From the sequence record SRR20825006_960: a stretch of DNA of 20,000 bases, one strand, 5' to 3'. Every line of letters starts with the position of its first letter. Position 1 is the stretch's first letter. Both the position numbers and the translations under genes were made by a program. A model generated the notes under the pieces. That model saw only the letters and a list, made by a program, of their open reading frames with translations. It made no database searches and was not told where the DNA came from. This document shows, piece by piece, positions 17,345 to 20,000 of this stretch.

Positions 17345-17352
17345 TGAAACTA
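17345..17352 (-). promoter_or_regulatory. Possible -7 promoter box (TAGTTTCA) for murA-tlpA
   Basis: Degenerate match 27 nt upstream of ATG 17317. Confidence 0.3.
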
Positions 17353-17433
17353 CTTTTTTCAGCGCTGTTTTACTAAACTCATGGCAGAAAGTTATCCACT
17401 TTGGGACGTTCATCCACCATCGGTTTTACGCTA

Positions 17434-18414
17434 TTAAAACCACTTTTTTCGTTTGAAATACCAAATACATCCGAGGGTGACAAAAAACATCACACCTAGA
17501 AGAATGAAATATCCGTAAGGAGAATGCAGCTCTGGGATATTTTCAAAATTCATCCCGTAAATTCCCGCTAAAAACGTGAGCGGAATAAAAATAACCGAGA
17601 AGATTGTTAAGGTTTTCATTACCTCATTCAATCGATGTCCTTGTAAGCTGAACACCAAGTTTATCTTACTTTCTAATTCTTGTAATTCAAAATCGATATC
17701 ACTAATTAAATGATTGATTTGCTCCTTGAGTTCACTGTAGTATTTTGTTTTTCTTCCGAAAATTTCCACTTTTTCCAGCTTCACGAAAGCGTCTCTTAAA
17801 TTTCCAGAAGCCCGTTTGAACTTCAATAGATCTTGCTTTGCGTCTTCAATCTCCAAAGTCATTTCTGGAGTTGGATTAATGGTTCGTGTATTCAATTTTT
17901 CAAGAACACCATCTGCATATTTATGAAATTGATTGGTATAATTGTCCACCATAGATTCAAGAAGCAAGAACAACAAGTAATCTGATTTTCGCTTTCGAAC
18001 CATCCCTAAATTGTTTGCCAATCGCTCTCGGATCCATCCAAAGTAATCTCCCTTCTTTTCCTGAATACTCCAAATAAATGTTGGCGAAACGATAAAAAGC
18101 ATTTGTTCAGATTCAAAATCTAACGTTTCCGTTTTAAGAACTCTAACGGCAACAAAAAGTGCATCTTCCAATTCAATCACTTTGGTAGTGTGATTTCCGT
18201 CCATGATGAGTTTAACAAGAAAGTCATCAAGCTCATTCGACTTAATCACCTCACGCATTTCTTCTTGAAAATAGATTCCATAAGTGTTCAACCAATGAAT
18301 CAAATCTCCACCTTTTGGTAATTTAATATCGCTAAACCCTTCGCATTGCTCTCTCGAGTATTCCTCTTTGGAGTACGTAATCTGCGAGGTTTGTTTTAGA
18401 AATTCTTCATTCAT
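17434..18414 (-). CDS. corA: CorA-family Mg2+/Co2+ transporter
   Basis: NEVMKTLTIFSVIFIPLTFLAGIYGMNFENIPEL (GMN motif), two C-terminal TM helices, basic tail YFKRKKWF. Confidence 0.93.
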   Translation of the reverse strand: MNEEFLKQTSQITYSKEEYSREQCEGFSDIKLPKGGDLIHWLNTYGIYFQEEMREVIKSNELDDFLVKLIMDGNHTTKVIELEDALFVAVRVLKTETLDFESEQMLFIVSPTFIWSIQEKKGDYFGWIRERLANNLGMVRKRKSDYLLFLLLESMVDNYTNQFHKYADGVLEKLNTRTINPTPEMTLEIEDAKQDLLKFKRASGNLRDAFVKLEKVEIFGRKTKYYSELKEQINHLISDIDFELQELESKINLVFSLQGHRLNEVMKTLTIFSVIFIPLTFLAGIYGMNFENIPELHSPYGYFILLGVMFFVTLGCIWYFKRKKWF

Positions 18415-18518
18415 AGATCAAGGGCTTAATTCCGATATGAAAATACAAAAAGAGGTTCAAATAGCAGTAAATAATGCGTTTTTACGGCTTTCTTCTTTGT
18501 GAAACAAAAAATGTATTG

Positions 18519-18544
18519 AATTTATCTACCATGGTAAATAAATT
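18519..18544. promoter_or_regulatory. 26-bp near-perfect palindrome, putative repressor operator in the divergent corA/pirin intergenic region
   Basis: AATTTATCTACCATGGTAAATAAATT has 12 of 13 pairs matched and sits directly upstream of the -7 box. Confidence 0.65.
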
Positions 18545-18549
18545 GTTTT

Positions 18550-18557
18550 TATATTTG
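18550..18557 (+). promoter_or_regulatory. -7 promoter box TATATTTG for the pirin-nitroreductase unit
   Basis: Perfect match to the Bacteroidota TAnnTTTG consensus. Confidence 0.65.
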
Positions 18558-18561
18558 TCCC

Positions 18562-18609
18562 ATGAACGCTTTAAAAAACATCCGACTAAAAAATCGAAGT
18601 AAGATTTAA
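18562..18609 (+). CDS. Possible 15-aa leader peptide MNALKNIRLKNRSKI
   Basis: ATG lies 4 nt after the -7 box, so it may be leaderless. Its TAA overlaps the ATG at 18609 (TAATG). No homology evidence. Confidence 0.25.
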   Translation: MNALKNIRLKNRSKI

Positions 18610-18647
18610 TGATAGACGGAGTTGAGCGAAGTACAAAAACAAACACA

Positions 18648-19361
18648 ATGCAAATACAAATAGACAGAGCCAAAGATCGCGGATTTGCCGATCACGGTTG
18701 GCTTAAAGCAAATCATTCATTCAGTTTCGGTCAGTGGCACAATCCAGACAAAATTCATTTCGGTGCACTTCGTGTTCTTAACGATGACAAAATAGCGGCT
18801 GGAATGGGGTTCGGTGCTCATTCTCATAACAATATGGAGATTATTACCATTCCTTTGCACGGGTCTGTCCATCATCAGGATAACATCGGAAATGATGGAC
18901 TTATCACAGCGGGAGAAGTTCAGGTAATGAGCGCTGGAACGGGAGTCATGCACAGTGAGTATAATGGAAGTAAAACCGAGGATCTAGAACTTTTCCAAAT
19001 TTGGATTTTTCCGAATAAACGCGACGTTCAGCCACGCTACGATCAAATGTCGATTGATACTGCCGCTATGAAAAACTCTTTCTTGCAACTCGTTGGTCCA
19101 AAATCGTCTGAACATGGCGTATGGATTCACCAAGATGCTTACATCCACATGGCGGAAATGGATGAAAACACATCTCTTACTTACAACCTAAAATCACCTG
19201 AAAATGGGGTTTACTTATTAAATGTAGATGGTGAAGTAACGGTTGAAAATGAAACCATACTTCGCCGTGACGCAGCGGGAATATCTGACACATCAAGTAT
19301 CACAATAAACTCCTTAACGAAAAGCAAATTGCTAGTTTTGGAAGTTCCAATGGAATTTTAA
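18648..19361 (+). CDS. Pirin-family protein (YhhW-like)
   Basis: RGFADHGWLKANHSFSF, FGALRVLNDD, GFGAHSHNNMEIIT, QVMSAGTGVMHSE and LFQIWIFP, with all four metal ligands (H,H,H,E) present. Start 18648 is preferred (A-rich leader, family N-terminus); 18609 is an alternative in-frame ATG. Confidence 0.93.
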   Translation: MQIQIDRAKDRGFADHGWLKANHSFSFGQWHNPDKIHFGALRVLNDDKIAAGMGFGAHSHNNMEIITIPLHGSVHHQDNIGNDGLITAGEVQVMSAGTGVMHSEYNGSKTEDLELFQIWIFPNKRDVQPRYDQMSIDTAAMKNSFLQLVGPKSSEHGVWIHQDAYIHMAEMDENTSLTYNLKSPENGVYLLNVDGEVTVENETILRRDAAGISDTSSITINSLTKSKLLVLEVPMEF

Positions 19362-19380
19362 CAATAACATACACATAAAA

Positions 19381-20000
19381 ATGCACACAATAATAGAAGA
19401 TTTAAACTGGCGATACGCTACAAAAAAGTTCGATCCCACTAAAAAAATCTCGGATCAAGATCTTGAGGTGATTAAGGAATCACTTCGTTTATCGGCTTCG
19501 TCATACGGGCTTCAACCTCTAAAATACCTCATTATAGAATCTCCTGATTTGAGACAGAAATTAGTCCCTGCATCTTACGGTCAAACTCAGATTACAGATG
19601 CTTCTCACCTACTCGTTCTTTGTTCATACCAAAGTGTGAATGATACTCACGTAGATGATTACATGAACAATTTTTCCACTACGCGAAGTCTTCCTGCTGA
19701 AGCTCTTCTTCCATTTGGAAATATGATCAAGGGTTCGATTAATAATTGGAGTGCTGCTGATGCACAAAACTGGGCATCGAAGCAAGCGTATATCGCTCTT
19801 GGACAACTTTTGCACACTTGTGCTTCATTGAGAATTGACTCTACGCCAATGGAAGGCTTCGACCCAAAGCAATACAGTGATATACTTGGATTGACCGATG
19901 ATAACTTAATTGCCACACTTGTTTGTCCAATCGGTTATCGCCATGAAGAAGATCAAGCTCAGCACTATCCAAAAGTGAGAAAATCACTAGAGGATTTATT
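19381..20000 (+). CDS. NAD(P)H-dependent nitroreductase-family flavoprotein (NfsB-like); 3' end cut by the window edge
   Basis: Hand translation: MHTIIEDLNWRYATKKFDPTKKISDQDLEVIKESLRLSASSYGLQP...WASKQAYIALGQLLHTCASLRIDSTPMEGFD...CPIGYRHEED...PKVRKSLEDL. No stop before 20000, so it is absent from the ORF track. Confidence 0.93.
   Translation, partial: MHTIIEDLNWRYATKKFDPTKKISDQDLEVIKESLRLSASSYGLQPLKYLIIESPDLRQKLVPASYGQTQITDASHLLVLCSYQSVNDTHVDDYMNNFSTTRSLPAEALLPFGNMIKGSINNWSAADAQNWASKQAYIALGQLLHTCASLRIDSTPMEGFDPKQYSDILGLTDDNLIATLVCPIGYRHEEDQAQHYPKVRKSLEDL

Noticed and set aside
17392..17400. DnaA-box-like TTATCCACT
   Set aside because: It is a single box with one mismatch, with no cluster or origin context.
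502..19916. About 30 short ORFs of 60-142 aa in the ORF track (e.g. 502-756, 5483-5812, 6685-7113, 12428-12838, 15694-16026, 19659-19916)
   Set aside because: They are mostly antisense or off-frame shadows of well-supported genes, with no motifs and atypical composition.
1..20000. CRISPR arrays, IS elements, integrases, prophage, tRNA/rRNA genes, riboswitches, defence systems
   Set aside because: I saw no spaced repeats, transposase or recombinase motifs, or structured RNA signatures. Intergenic regions are short (at most about 310 nt). The CPBP 'Abi' family name alone does not indicate phage defence.

Overview
This is an AT-rich chromosomal window from a Bacteroidota bacterium, most likely Flavobacteriales. 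The assignment rests on two T9SS C-terminal sorting domains, Gln after predicted signal-peptide cleavage sites, TAnnTTTG-type -7 promoter boxes, an Asp-type MurA and a half-zinc-finger DnaJ. It holds 17 CDSs, mostly on the minus strand, in this order: Ppx/GppA phosphatase, ABC-2 permease and ATPase, T9SS cargo protein, ArsS-family radical SAM plus AhpD-like partner, CPBP protease, dnaJ, grpE, an Asp-box T9SS cargo protein (+), a 1087-aa WG-repeat protein, an unknown lipoprotein, TlpA, murA, corA, pirin (+) and a nitroreductase (+) that runs off the window and is missing from the ORF track. I found no mobile elements, CRISPR arrays or RNA genes. No clearly new multi-gene system is demonstrable from sequence alone. 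The best leads are: (i) a non-CIRCE composite palindromic element over the grpE-dnaJ promoter; (ii) a stand-alone arsS + AhpD-like pair lacking arsM; (iii) the lipoprotein/WG-repeat pair; and (iv) a 26-bp operator plus a possibly leaderless 15-codon uORF coupled to the pirin-nitroreductase unit.
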